Source of the DNA: an uncultured Nitrososphaerota archaeon | Lineage (GTDB): Archaea > Thermoproteota > Nitrososphaeria > Nitrososphaerales > Nitrosopumilaceae | Direction of reading: 5' to 3' | DNA: 64,000 nt | NCBI GenBank assembly: GCA_963824385.1 | Contig: CAWGPD010000004.1 | Span: 32,001 to 96,000 of the forward strand | Shown: piece after piece, positions 20,284 through 30,989 of the stretch | Numbering within the stretch: position 1 is the stretch's first letter | Layout of the letters: each line of letters starts with the position of its first letter | The notes under the pieces: model-generated | Told to the model about the DNA's origin: nothing | Database searches by the model: none | Seen by the model: only the letters and a program-made list of their open reading frames with translations | Translations under genes and position numbers: made by a program

Positions 20284-21389
20284 GATTCTAATACCATAAC
20301 AGTTGATGAGGTAGATCCTGCAGACATGTTATGTACAAGGCCTGTTTTTGCACCAGATACTTGTCTTTTTTGGGCATTTCCGTCCAATTGCTGATAAATT
20401 TCAACCACTTGTGCTATCCCAGTTGCACCTAGTGGGTGTCCTGCACCAATCAACCCCCCTCTGGGATTTATTTTCTTATTACTTGTATCGTACAAATCTC
20501 GAACAAATTTTGCGCCTTGTCCTTTTTCACAAAACCCCATGTCTTCCAATTCAATAATTTCGCATACACTAAATGCGTCATGAAGCTCTACAACATCTAC
20601 ATCTTTTGAAGTCTTATGAGACATTTTGTATGCATCTGCAACTGCAGTCTTTGTTGATTCCATTGACGCTAAATCATTATTTTTTGTAAAACTTGCAGAG
20701 ATAGTCTTCTGGCCAATTCCAGTTATCCATATTGGAGTATCAGTATATTTCGTCGCTTTTTCTTCTGAGCAGATTAAAACTGCGGCAGAACCATCACATG
20801 GCATAGAACAATCTAACAATCTTATATTTTCTGTAAGATTTTTGGAATGCATTACATCATCAAGAGAGAATGATCTTTCAAAATATGCTGATGGATTATC
20901 TAATGCGTTTTTATGATTTTTAATAGACACATATGCAAGATCTTCAAGACTTGTTCCATATTTTCTCATATGTGCACTTGTAAACATAGATGCCCAAAAA
21001 ATAGGATGATTGAATTCTCCTCTGGACATATCCCAATTTAGAACAAGACCGGGGTTATCTGTTTTCTCAGCACCTACAACAAGCGCAGTATCTGCAAGTC
21101 CAGATGAAATATAAGCATATGCAGATACTAGTGAGTTCGTTCCAGAATTACACAAACTTTCAACTGAATGAGATATTTTTGGTTTGATTCCAGATAACTC
21201 TGATATAATATTTGCCAGATAATTTTTATTTGCGTTTGTTGAGGTAAGCACCACATCAACATCTTTCTGGTCTAAATTTTTAGTATTTTCAAATATTGGC
21301 TTGATAGATGATAACATCATCGAATCTAATGATTTTTCAGATTTATTGAATTTAGTAATACCTGATGCAACAATTGCCACCCTTTTCAT
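20280..21389 (-). CDS. Thiolase (acetyl-CoA acetyltransferase, SCP2-like)
   Basis: ESLCNSG, KNHKNA, VELHDAF, GGLIGAGHPLGATG. Confidence 0.9.
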   Translation of the reverse strand: MKRVAIVASGITKFNKSEKSLDSMMLSSIKPIFENTKNLDQKDVDVVLTSTNANKNYLANIISELSGIKPKISHSVESLCNSGTNSLVSAYAYISSGLADTALVVGAEKTDNPGLVLNWDMSRGEFNHPIFWASMFTSAHMRKYGTSLEDLAYVSIKNHKNALDNPSAYFERSFSLDDVMHSKNLTENIRLLDCSMPCDGSAAVLICSEEKATKYTDTPIWITGIGQKTISASFTKNNDLASMESTKTAVADAYKMSHKTSKDVDVVELHDAFSVCEIIELEDMGFCEKGQGAKFVRDLYDTSNKKINPRGGLIGAGHPLGATGIAQVVEIYQQLDGNAQKRQVSGAKTGLVHNMSAGSTSSTVMVLES

Positions 21390-22366
21390 TTCATATCACT
21401 TGCAAGTGTTCTAGTTAACATATCAAAAGATTCCCGTACATTGCCAACAGGATTGAATTGAAGTATGGGCAAATCCACTCCAACTTCCATAAATTGTAGT
21501 ATTTTTCTTTGAATATCTTCAGGTGTTCCACATACTGATAAAGAATTTGCCATGTCATCTGTTACAAATTTATAGCTGTCCTTCAAACCATTTTTTTTAT
21601 ACTCGTCAAATATTGCCATTGTTTCATTTTGAAATCCATTAGATGCCAAAAATTCACGATAAATACTTCCTACTGAAACATAAAATGCTATTGTCTGCTT
21701 TGCTCGCGTAATTGCTTTTTCAGAATCTTCAGAAACACAGGTTATTAATTGACATGTAACATCAATTTTTTTCTTGGACTGCATTTTTTTGATTGTCTTC
21801 TTTAATTCTTGCAATGGTCTTAGATAGAATATAACACCATTGGCTATTTCCCAAGTAAGGTCTACCATTTTTTCATTTATCGCTGCAAGATAGATTGGAA
21901 TTTCTTTTCTAGGCGGAATAATTAACAGACCAAAGTTCTTGAGGTTATAAAACTCCCCCTTGTAAGATGTTTTTTCTCCTGAAATTATGAGGCGTATTAT
22001 CTCAACATATTCACGCATTCTTTGTACTGGATTTTTAAATTCCAAACCGTGCCAGTCTTCGACAATCGATTTACTGCTTGTGCCCAAGCCAAGAATAAAT
22101 CTACCATTAGACAAAGTATCAATAGTTGCAGCAGACATGGCTATCAAAGCAGGGCTTCTCGAGTAAATATTGATAATAGATGAGCCCAACTTGGGTTTTT
22201 TTGACATATTTGAAATACCCGATAAAATTGAACTACAATCCATTCCCCACGTTTCTGGGATCCAGATAGAATCTACAGAATAATTGTTTAACACTTTTGC
22301 ACAATCAAATATCTCTTCAACAGACAAGAGAGAACCTAGACTAAATCCAAGTCTCATACTACTCAC
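21386..22366 (-). CDS. LLM-class (likely F420-dependent) oxidoreductase
   Basis: WIPETWG, NIYSRSPA, SNGRFILGLG, IPIYLAA, GTPED. Confidence 0.87.
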   Translation of the reverse strand: MSSMRLGFSLGSLLSVEEIFDCAKVLNNYSVDSIWIPETWGMDCSSILSGISNMSKKPKLGSSIINIYSRSPALIAMSAATIDTLSNGRFILGLGTSSKSIVEDWHGLEFKNPVQRMREYVEIIRLIISGEKTSYKGEFYNLKNFGLLIIPPRKEIPIYLAAINEKMVDLTWEIANGVIFYLRPLQELKKTIKKMQSKKKIDVTCQLITCVSEDSEKAITRAKQTIAFYVSVGSIYREFLASNGFQNETMAIFDEYKKNGLKDSYKFVTDDMANSLSVCGTPEDIQRKILQFMEVGVDLPILQFNPVGNVRESFDMLTRTLASDMK

Positions 22367-23052
22367 TTGGTAGATAGGAATTTTTCATAATGATTAGATA
22401 TCATGAGAGATTCACAATCCTCCATATCTTTGTAAGAATCGACAGATTTCCAAAAAACATTGGAATATTTTACGGCATTTAATGTACCATGTTCGGCAAG
22501 AACTGGAAAAGTGGTGTGTTCTAGATTGCCATCCGTGGGAAGATGTTTTACAATGTCTTTTTTCAAATAATAAATACCCGCATTCATCCAATAATTTGAT
22601 ATTTCTGGTTTTTCTTCAAATCTTTCAACTTTTGTTCCATTGAGATGTACAATCCCAAACATAGTTCGAAGAGGTATAACTGCAACAGAATTTCGATGCG
22701 TTTTTAATTTTCTCAAATCAAGATTTGTTATAACATCACCGTTTGCTACAAAAAAGTCATCAGTGTCAATAAATTTGGCAGCTTTTTTTATGGCGCCAGC
22801 AGTTCCAAGAGGTTCTTTTTCAACAGAATATTCCAATTTGACTCCGAGATTCTTGCTTTCCAGATGTTTTCGTATCTGTTCCGCCCTGTATCCGGCACAA
22901 ACTATGATCTCTTTTATTCCAAATTTCTTAAAATAACGTATCTGCCATTCAATAATCGGATAATTACAAAGAGGTATTAGCGGTTTAGGCAAATAATCTG
23001 TCAAAGGTTTGAGTCTCTTACCAAATCCTCCAGAAAGAAGCAATGCTTTCAC
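22363..23052 (-). CDS. Sugar-phosphate nucleotidyltransferase
   Basis: LSGGFGKRLKPLT..PKPL, EPLGTAG, NGD, EKP, NAGIY. Confidence 0.9.
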   Translation of the reverse strand: MKALLLSGGFGKRLKPLTDYLPKPLIPLCNYPIIEWQIRYFKKFGIKEIIVCAGYRAEQIRKHLESKNLGVKLEYSVEKEPLGTAGAIKKAAKFIDTDDFFVANGDVITNLDLRKLKTHRNSVAVIPLRTMFGIVHLNGTKVERFEEKPEISNYWMNAGIYYLKKDIVKHLPTDGNLEHTTFPVLAEHGTLNAVKYSNVFWKSVDSYKDMEDCESLMISNHYEKFLSTK

Positions 23053-23129
23053 AAAAATAGAGTCAATAGATTTGAATTAAAAGATTTGGAAAAATCATCT
23101 TCATGTATCACTAAAAAGGTACAAATTAT

Positions 23130-23258
23130 TCAGATTTTTTTCTCAGTAATGTAATAATGTAATTCAGTATAGCATTCTACACAATAATCCTCATCTTGAG
23201 TATGCTCACAGTCATACACTTTACTTACATCCTTGCCACATTTAGTACAATTTGCCAC
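23130..23258 (-). CDS. 42-aa zinc-finger-like miniprotein (not in ORF track)
   Basis: GTG start; MANCTKCGKDVSKVYDCEHTQDEDYCVECYTELHYYITEKKI*. Confidence 0.65.
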   Translation of the reverse strand: MANCTKCGKDVSKVYDCEHTQDEDYCVECYTELHYYITEKKI

Positions 23259-23326
23259 AGTCTTAATTATTCAGACCAGTCTTTGAATATTTCCTCAGTG
23301 ATATACAGAATCAACGTAGAGAAAAG

Positions 23327-23713
23327 TTAACTTCGACTTCTGATTTTGATTATACCCAATACGGCAATTATGATTCCAATTCCCAAGACTGCCCCAAACT
23401 CTCGTACTGCACGTGAGTCTTGAGTCTGGCTACCTTGCAATGCAAGTATTATTCCAGTGCCTACTATTATCAGTCCACCTCCAATTATTATCAAAATACC
23501 TAGTTTTTTTGAGGGTTCTTTTCTTGTGATAAAAAAAGAAATTATCAGTAATGCAGAGGGAATTATTCCAAAGATTGAGCCCCTTGCAGATACACTCATT
23601 GGAAGAAATCCTGTCTTCCCACCATTGGCCGCAATCACGTCAAAGCCATAAATTGAAAGCATTACTATTGATATCACGGAGATTATAATGGCAATCTTTA
23701 GTTTCATACACAA
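23327..23713 (-). CDS. Four-TM membrane protein
   Basis: Four hydrophobic segments. Confidence 0.7.
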   Translation of the reverse strand: MCMKLKIAIIISVISIVMLSIYGFDVIAANGGKTGFLPMSVSARGSIFGIIPSALLIISFFITRKEPSKKLGILIIIGGGLIIVGTGIILALQGSQTQDSRAVREFGAVLGIGIIIAVLGIIKIRSRS

Positions 23714-23773
23714 GACGTTCTCTGGATATAGCTAATAAACCTTAGATGCGCCTTAGTAGATAACAGAATGAAA

Positions 23774-24466
23774 TTAGTGAAACAATTTAATCGTGTTAAA
23801 TATGATGTCTCCAAAAATTAGCTGGACTACAAATCCTCCAAAAATATAGATCACGTATGGAATTCCGGGTGTAACCCAAGTGTCAGGAGAAGAACAAAAC
23901 TCGGTACTATCGGCATTTTTCATTCCAAAATTCATCTTTTTTATGTTTCCTTCCCGCGTTTCAATGGAAAAACTAAACTGAGGATGTTTTGAACGATGTC
24001 CTACAAACATGGCAAAAATCTTGTTCTTTCTGGATTCATTTTCAAATCCCTTGAAGATATCATCATGTCGAATTAATGAAACTATGTTTCGTAGTATGTT
24101 TATCACTACGGGTATGATAGAAAGTATTATTGTATTAGTCAGAGTTGTAAACGGATTTACTTGAGATGCTGTAAATGTAGAACCCGGAGCAAGAGCTGCT
24201 AAAACAATGAGTGCAAAAGCATCAGCACCTCCGAAGAAGCCAAATCTCCATATTACTAGTGCAACAGGTGCCACAATCAGAGATATTCCAATCATCCAAA
24301 GCGAATTTGAAATATTTGAAGTAAAAAATAAAATAACAAATGCCAAACCACCAAAAATCATCCATATTCTATCATCTATCTCTCTCTTTTTAACATCCGT
24401 ATAGGATGCAATACCAAGCATGATTACTGCTAGAATAATTCTAACACTATTCACATCAAACATCAT
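23774..24466 (-). CDS. flaK: Prepilin/pre-archaellin peptidase (A24, FlaK/PibD-like), copy 1
   Basis: SYTDVKKREIDD, GGAD, WVTPGIPY; multi-TM. Confidence 0.85.
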   Translation of the reverse strand: MMFDVNSVRIILAVIMLGIASYTDVKKREIDDRIWMIFGGLAFVILFFTSNISNSLWMIGISLIVAPVALVIWRFGFFGGADAFALIVLAALAPGSTFTASQVNPFTTLTNTIILSIIPVVINILRNIVSLIRHDDIFKGFENESRKNKIFAMFVGHRSKHPQFSFSIETREGNIKKMNFGMKNADSTEFCSSPDTWVTPGIPYVIYIFGGFVVQLIFGDIIFNTIKLFH

Positions 24467-24970
24467 TACATATCACAATCCATGACTAGAATAAATTTAC
24501 GCATCTCAAATTTATTTATAGATATACCTTAATTATTTGGAGTGGTTTATCAATACAATCTTTCTTTACATGAATACGAAAATCCATGCCAAAATATAAA
24601 CCAAAATCAACATGTGTACAATTACAGCAGTTATGAAAAGAATTTGCATACGAATTAAAAATATCTTGAAACAACAAATGCTTCAAACATATGAAATAAC
24701 CTAATTTAATCATCATACGGTATAATCATCTAAAATTCATAGAGAACTGACGGGGGTCGGTATAGATCTGCATCTAAATTTCTGCCCCATCAATTCAATA
24801 TGTAATAGTGTCTTATCTCTATTAGATGATGTATGTTTATTAAAAATAAACAGATTTTTCAGTAGACACATTTTCAAACCATTATGATGTATATTGTAAT
24901 AGTATGAGAGAAATTTGAATTTAGACTATTTTACGAAAAATTGATAACAGAATATAAAAATCCATCTTGT

Positions 24971-24991
24971 TCGTGTTTGTTTGTTACATAC
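24971..24991. promoter_or_regulatory. Degenerate island motif upstream of the 25031 ORF/TrmB unit
   Basis: TGTTT-GTTTG-TTACA-TAC, core ends 43 nt before ATG 25031; another near match at 24831-24851. Confidence 0.4.
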
Positions 24992-25030
24992 ACACAGTTA
25001 CTGATATCATGGTCTAGATGTTACTTCTCT

Positions 25031-25294
25031 ATGACTTCAATCTCAGCAACAATGGAACTCCCTTTCCAGATGGCAGTTGTCAACTGCAATAGACAAAACA
25101 GGAATACCACGCGATCAATCTGCTTATATATCAACAACAATAGTTATCGATCTACAATGATCGCTATGAGCGCACCTGATCTTCATATAGAAAACAGTTA
25201 CATGCCTAGTTTTGAAGAAAAAAACACATTGTGGCACAATTTAATAGGGAATTACGATCAGAAATTTTATAATTTTAGGAGTGTTTTGTCTTGA
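25031..25294 (+). CDS. Hypothetical protein coupled to TrmB
   Basis: Stop overlaps TrmB start (TTGA); ATG 25031 chosen as start. Confidence 0.4.
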   Translation: MTSISATMELPFQMAVVNCNRQNRNTTRSICLYINNNSYRSTMIAMSAPDLHIENSYMPSFEEKNTLWHNLIGNYDQKFYNFRSVLS

Positions 25295-26103
25295 ATACTG
25301 AAGAAGATCTTTTTTCAACTCTGAAATATTTTGGTCTAGAAGGAGACGATGCTAAGATTTACCTAGGTTTGCTGAGAACAGGAGAAGTAACAGTTGGAAG
25401 TCTATCTGCAAAATTGGATGTAGATAGAGGGAAGACATACAGAGCACTTACAAAATTGCGAAATCTAGGATTGATTACAACAACACTTTCCAATCCGACT
25501 ATATGTAAAGCAGTAAATCCTGAAGAAGCATTCAATGGAATTATTCAGAAAAAACAAGATGAGATTACAACTATGGGAAAACTTTCCAAACAGGTTGTTG
25601 CAAGTCTTGAAGAATTAAAGCGACCAACTCCAGATAATTCCATGTCGTCATTTTCAATCATACAAGGCAGATCAAATATCTATGCAAGAATTGGCAAACT
25701 GGTAACAGAAGCAAACGATGTCGTATATGTAGTAAGCACCGTAGAAGACATAATGAGAATGTATCATACTGCCATTCCGGAAAAGATTAAAGACTGTATC
25801 AAAAGAGGCGGCGAAGTTAGAATAATCACAGAAGTAGAAAATAAACAAGCAATTAGTCTAATACAAAAATTAGGTGCTACTGAAACAAGATTGGGCAAAC
25901 TACCATCAAAAGGAAGAATGGTTGCAGAAAAAGACAAACAAATTGTAATGTCTGGTTCAATGAAAGGAACGATGGATTTGAATGATGACGCGGATTCAAT
26001 TGTACATACAAACTCCACAGAGATAGTAAATAACATATTCAGTCTCTGTGAACACCTGTGGAAGAAATCAAAACCTGTTGAAATGGTATATCAATCAGCA
26101 TGA
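25291..26103 (+). CDS. TrmB-family transcriptional regulator
   Basis: FGL..DAKIYLGLL..G.....LS..L.V.RGKTYRAL..L..LGLI wHTH plus C-terminal effector-binding-like domain. Confidence 0.88.
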   Translation: MNTEEDLFSTLKYFGLEGDDAKIYLGLLRTGEVTVGSLSAKLDVDRGKTYRALTKLRNLGLITTTLSNPTICKAVNPEEAFNGIIQKKQDEITTMGKLSKQVVASLEELKRPTPDNSMSSFSIIQGRSNIYARIGKLVTEANDVVYVVSTVEDIMRMYHTAIPEKIKDCIKRGGEVRIITEVENKQAISLIQKLGATETRLGKLPSKGRMVAEKDKQIVMSGSMKGTMDLNDDADSIVHTNSTEIVNNIFSLCEHLWKKSKPVEMVYQSA

Positions 26104-26168
26104 TATACTTTACAATCAAATCAGATTCAAAATTTCATTTAATCAAATTAGATCTATTACAAATCTAG

Positions 26169-26189
26169 ATTCGTTCAGAATAATCATAC
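26169..26189. promoter_or_regulatory. Island motif upstream of large surface protein
   Basis: CGTTC-AGAAT-AATCA-TAC, core ends 42 nt before TTG 26228. Confidence 0.5.
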
Positions 26190-26227
26190 ACCATCTTATA
26201 TTATATTTTAAAGTGTTATTTTTAGAA

Positions 26228-28870
26228 TTGAAAGCCATAGTCCTAATGCTAATTGTATTAGTCAGTGTTGGAATGATGAAAGCGTATGCAGATGATGGGT
26301 ACAGCTTTGGAGTAAGACTGATTCCTCAAAAACTGATTGAGAATTCAGAGGGCACGTTACAGGTTTACGCATTACACAATGGACATATTTCTCCACAAAA
26401 AATTCAAAACATGATATATTCTTCAAGTGATTCATCAGTATTACAAATAATTGGAGTTGAAAACAGTAATGATGGTTTTACCACCAACATTAAATTAATT
26501 ACATCAAATCATGGAACTGCAAATATTGAATTAGGAGCACCTGGATTTTCTTCAAGTCAAGTGCCAGTAACAGTTTATGGAAATAGCAATTACCCTACAA
26601 AATTACTAGTGCAATCCACCCCTTCGACTTTTTCAGTCAACGGTCCACATGAAGGATATTTCACAGTAGAATTGGCAAATAATGATGGGACACCTGCAAT
26701 TACAGATAATGATATTCTAATCAGTCTTACAACATCAGACAACAAAGTGATTACATTAACTGCCCCGCAAATTATCGTAAAGGCTGGAACGTATTATGGA
26801 ATAGGCAAATTTGAAGTAAAAGAACCAGGTACTGCACAAATATTTGCATCAGGAGAATCATTACAATCTGCAGATTCTACTGTAACAGTCATCCAAAATG
26901 GCTCCCCACATATTCAGATGTTCGTGTATCCTCAGGTAATCAATACTTATCAAGCATCCATAGGATATGTAATCACACAATTAACAGATTCATCAGGCAA
27001 TCTAATGCCAGCAAAAGAAGACATTACAATTCCTGTGAACGTCCTTGATCCTCCTAGTAATGAGACAAATTCAAGTCCCATCTTACATGATGTTACGGCA
27101 TACAACCCAATTGTAATAAAGAAAGGGTCCTATTGGGGATATACCAATTTAGCTGTAAGAGCGGGAGCTAATGCAACTTATACAGTAACTGCATCTGTTC
27201 CAAGCGGATATGTTAATCCAGGACCTGGACAGGTAACTACGGCCACAGGTAAATTTTATGATGACAAATCAGCAGTATTGAGTATTTTACCAATATTGGC
27301 CACTGGAAATGATGAGTTGATAGGCGTCGTACAGTTACAGGATCAAAGTGGAAATCCAGTCATAGCAAGCCATGATCTACAGGTAGAAATAGACTCATCA
27401 GATCCAGATACAATTTCAGTGGACAATGCCATCATGAATAAAGGGACGGGGGTCGCTCTAGTGTTTGCCAAGGTCGGTACAAACATTCCACCACTATTGC
27501 CAGGCATAAGCTCCACGATGATTGCATGCCCAACTTCGACATCAACCACGTCGACATCAACTACGACATCAACCACTTCAACATCAGGATGTAGTACCAT
27601 TACAGGATCTACCGCTCCAGGTATAACATTAACTACAACACCACAACCATTAGTAGGCACCAGTGGTGTTACAGGTGCAGTATCACTACATGTAGTTACA
27701 TATAATGAGCAAACTGTTTACCCCACCATGTTCTTACTCAATAGTAATTCACTTAATCTTGTAGCGCAGTCCCTAATTCCAAATATACTAGGTAACAGTA
27801 ATTTTCCTGTTGCTACATACCTAAAGGATTCGTCGGGTGCAATGACATACTTTTCAGATGATTCAGATCTTAATATTTTGGCTAATGATTATTTTTCAAT
27901 CCCACAAACTACAATACATAAGGGAGACACTGCAGTTGTATCAGAAGCCGATTCCTTAAAGGATGGTTCAACATCCCTTACTTTTATTGCAGGAAATTAT
28001 CAAACATCATTAAATCTCCAGACAAGTAGTACTTCGGCGTCTCAAGTAGCACTAAATTGTTCCAACCCAATTTTTCTCAATATGCCAAATACCATGACTG
28101 TTCAGATTTTTGATTCAAAGTCAAATCCAGTATTTGCTCAAAAAGATATCACCCTAAAATTAGTTTCAACTAACAATCAAATTTTGACACTTCCAGATAA
28201 TGTAACAATCTCAAAAGGACAGTATTATACAACATTTGATGTAACACCAAATTCCATAGGCACGGTACAAGCATCCATCATAGCTGATGACTTGCCTCTT
28301 TCAACATACAAGATTTCAGTAGGTAGTCTGTCTCCAACTTTGAAAATAATCGCACCAAAGTCAGTGTTACCAGGAGACACATTTGTTGCGAGTGTCATAG
28401 CAAAGAATCATGGAGATCCATTAAACAATATGAATATTCAGTGGAAAGTAAACGGTGCAAGTATCCAATCTAGTGACAGTGTAACAAATCAAAATGGAAC
28501 TGCAAACATTGTTTTAGTTCCCAATTCTGGTAGTTCTATCAATCTAGATGTAAACGCTACTGGTTTAGGATACATCCCAGCACCCATTAGTAAGATCATA
28601 ACAATTAATGAAACTGGCTCTAGTTTACCAGTACCAAATAGAAATAGTTCAAGCGTAAATGGTTCCAGTGTGAATGGATCCAGTGGAATTAACCCCAATA
28701 TGTCATCATCTGTAGGAATCCAATCGATATTAAAATTATTCAAAGTCAACGGAATAGACACATTACCAATATTGGTACTTGGCACAATAGCAGCAGGCGG
28801 AGTACTTGTCAAGAAGAACAGCATACTATCACGTAAAACTCAATCAAACACAGGGATAAAATCAAGATAA
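26228..28870 (+). CDS. Large membrane-anchored Ig-like repeat surface protein
   Basis: Signal peptide, repeated VQL.D..G.P..A..DI.I modules, Cys-flanked Thr/Ser insert, C-terminal TM + KK. Confidence 0.8.
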   Translation: MKAIVLMLIVLVSVGMMKAYADDGYSFGVRLIPQKLIENSEGTLQVYALHNGHISPQKIQNMIYSSSDSSVLQIIGVENSNDGFTTNIKLITSNHGTANIELGAPGFSSSQVPVTVYGNSNYPTKLLVQSTPSTFSVNGPHEGYFTVELANNDGTPAITDNDILISLTTSDNKVITLTAPQIIVKAGTYYGIGKFEVKEPGTAQIFASGESLQSADSTVTVIQNGSPHIQMFVYPQVINTYQASIGYVITQLTDSSGNLMPAKEDITIPVNVLDPPSNETNSSPILHDVTAYNPIVIKKGSYWGYTNLAVRAGANATYTVTASVPSGYVNPGPGQVTTATGKFYDDKSAVLSILPILATGNDELIGVVQLQDQSGNPVIASHDLQVEIDSSDPDTISVDNAIMNKGTGVALVFAKVGTNIPPLLPGISSTMIACPTSTSTTSTSTTTSTTSTSGCSTITGSTAPGITLTTTPQPLVGTSGVTGAVSLHVVTYNEQTVYPTMFLLNSNSLNLVAQSLIPNILGNSNFPVATYLKDSSGAMTYFSDDSDLNILANDYFSIPQTTIHKGDTAVVSEADSLKDGSTSLTFIAGNYQTSLNLQTSSTSASQVALNCSNPIFLNMPNTMTVQIFDSKSNPVFAQKDITLKLVSTNNQILTLPDNVTISKGQYYTTFDVTPNSIGTVQASIIADDLPLSTYKISVGSLSPTLKIIAPKSVLPGDTFVASVIAKNHGDPLNNMNIQWKVNGASIQSSDSVTNQNGTANIVLVPNSGSSINLDVNATGLGYIPAPISKIITINETGSSLPVPNRNSSSVNGSSVNGSSGINPNMSSSVGIQSILKLFKVNGIDTLPILVLGTIAAGGVLVKKNSILSRKTQSNTGIKSR

Positions 28871-28942
28871 GACAGTTTTTGACATAGATAACTAATCCAA
28901 ATTTTAAAAGATACAATGTGTTGTAATAATAAATCAAACACA

Positions 28943-28965
28943 AGTATGTTCAATGCGAACATACT
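28943..28965. promoter_or_regulatory. Perfect palindromic island motif
   Basis: AGTATGTTC-AATGC-GAACATACT (9-bp perfect inverted repeat). Confidence 0.7.
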
Positions 28966-29052
28966 AAAAATTATCATTAGAAAGTTTTAATTGAAAATAA
29001 TGAAACCCACGTCTCACAATCAAATTTTTCTCACACCTAGGAGCAATCACGA

Positions 29053-29940
29053 ATGAATAGCAATTTTTTGTCAGGTCTACAAAATAAATTATCAGGTAAA
29101 ATAAAAACTCAAAATAAAAATAATGGTATACTTTTTTCACCCTTGACACTAGGAAAAAATCTAAACCAATGCACTATTGAGGAAATCATGCCACATCTGT
29201 TAGTCTATTCATCAATGGCAACAATTGAAAGCAAAGAAAAGATATGGGTGGCCACATCAATGCTTGTCAGATTTCTTTCATCTCACACAAATAATTTAGT
29301 AGTAATGGAATCTGACACTCCAGTTGGAATGATAGGAAGTAAAGAAGTATTACAAGGTCTTTATGAGAATCCTAATCATGAATTTTTCTCAGAACATACT
29401 GTTCATGAGGTGATGAATAAAGGGATTGACATAGTATCGCCCAAAACAAGAGTATATGATCTGCTAAACAAGATGAGTTATCTTGGTAGAGACTTTGCTC
29501 TAATTCAAACAACAGATGGCGAATTTTCAACCATCTCTGCCAGGCGATTGTTAGAAGTAGGCATACTTTGTGATACCGCAATAAAAGTTTCAGACATGCC
29601 ATCAAAGAAAATAGTGACATTCCAAAAAGAAGATACGATAGATTTTCTGATAAAAGAGATGCTGAAAAACAACACTGATGTGGTCATATTAGAGCATACT
29701 CCATTATTTGTTACACCGCAGATAATCTTTGAGAAAATATCTGAATTAAATTATCTAGATGGAATTGACAATTTTCTTAATTCAAAGATCAGTACGCTAA
29801 ATTTGAAAAGTGGGCGCATAATTCCAGATAATATCACAGTACCTGAAATGTGCAAAATTATGTTAAGTATGAAAAATGCATTTGTAATGACTCAAAATAA
29901 CGTATTGACACCATGGGATTTGATTACAACTTTTGCTTAG
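29053..29940 (+). CDS. CBS-domain protein
   Basis: PVGMIGSKEVL, TVHEVMNK..VSPKT, VLTPWDLI. Confidence 0.75.
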   Translation: MNSNFLSGLQNKLSGKIKTQNKNNGILFSPLTLGKNLNQCTIEEIMPHLLVYSSMATIESKEKIWVATSMLVRFLSSHTNNLVVMESDTPVGMIGSKEVLQGLYENPNHEFFSEHTVHEVMNKGIDIVSPKTRVYDLLNKMSYLGRDFALIQTTDGEFSTISARRLLEVGILCDTAIKVSDMPSKKIVTFQKEDTIDFLIKEMLKNNTDVVILEHTPLFVTPQIIFEKISELNYLDGIDNFLNSKISTLNLKSGRIIPDNITVPEMCKIMLSMKNAFVMTQNNVLTPWDLITTFA

Positions 29941-29957
29941 GAGTATGAAATAACCAC

Positions 29958-30948
29958 ATGACACAAAGAATGACTGATAAAGAATACTCGATAAGCCAAT
30001 GGAGAAGACAACTTGAATATTTAACAAACGAATTAAACAAAACCACAGAACAGATACAATTGCTAGAAATTTTTGGCAATTCAAAATCAGAAATGGTTTT
30101 TGAAAAGCCAGGGCACGAAATTAGTGAACTAATGAGAAAACAAAATACTATTTCACATGAGATAATCACAATTAAAAAGAGAATTCAGAAACTTAGTGCA
30201 AAGACCATACTTAAAGTAGAATTGCTAATACTACCAGTAGTTGTAATATTGTTATTTTTTGTTGCAACAAACTATTCAATTATGCCTGCAGAACAAGGTT
30301 CAACCATAAAGACACATTATGTGATAGAAGATCTTCAAGGGAATTCCGTGGGCAATTACAAGCATTGGAGCATCATAAGCGGTACGCCATTAACTGTAAA
30401 TATTAAGAACCATGCAAATGTCAGTGATCAAAAAATCCAAGATGTAGAAAATGCCATAATGTCAACAGATAGCATTACGGGAGACAGTTCAACTCTATAT
30501 CAGTCAGCATCAGGAATGAAATCAGCGTATTTCAAAGGATGGCAGGGAGCAGTTCAGACAGCATATGCTAATACCAAGTACAACATTCCAGAAAAATTTG
30601 ACATAATCCAATCTGACAACAGCGAGGGAAACATAGTGGTAACACTTTCTACAGTGAAATCTGAAGATGGGTATTCAGGGGTCACAAGGACCATAGTAAA
30701 TGGAAATCAAATTCTAAAAACATTCATCACAATATTTGATTCAGACAAATTGACTGACAGTCAATTAGAATCAACAGTAAGACAAGAATTTGGGCATGCT
30801 TTAGGATTACCATATACGGATAATCCAGCAGATTCTCATGCATGAATCTATCTCGACCACTAATTCATACATATCAGAATGTGATATCAATGCCCTGCAA
30901 AAAGTATACAATGATGTAGATCCCGCTGGAAACTTTTGTAATGGCTAA
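29958..30948 (+). CDS. Membrane-anchored matrixin (M10)-like protein with degenerate Zn site; +1 frameshift at ~30833
   Basis: Coiled-coil N-terminus, TM, QEFGHALGLPY; corrected frame gives DLM Met-turn and SECDINALQKVY to TAA 30948. Confidence 0.75.
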
Positions 30949-30989
30949 AACTAGTTTCAATACCAAGTGTATTTTAATCAAATAAATTA

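Noticed and set aside
24516..24716. 66-aa minus-strand ORF
   Set aside because: No motif or coding-like signal.
26048..26227. N-terminal 60 aa of ORF 26048
   Set aside because: Overlaps TrmB and promoter DNA; the signal peptide starts at TTG 26228.
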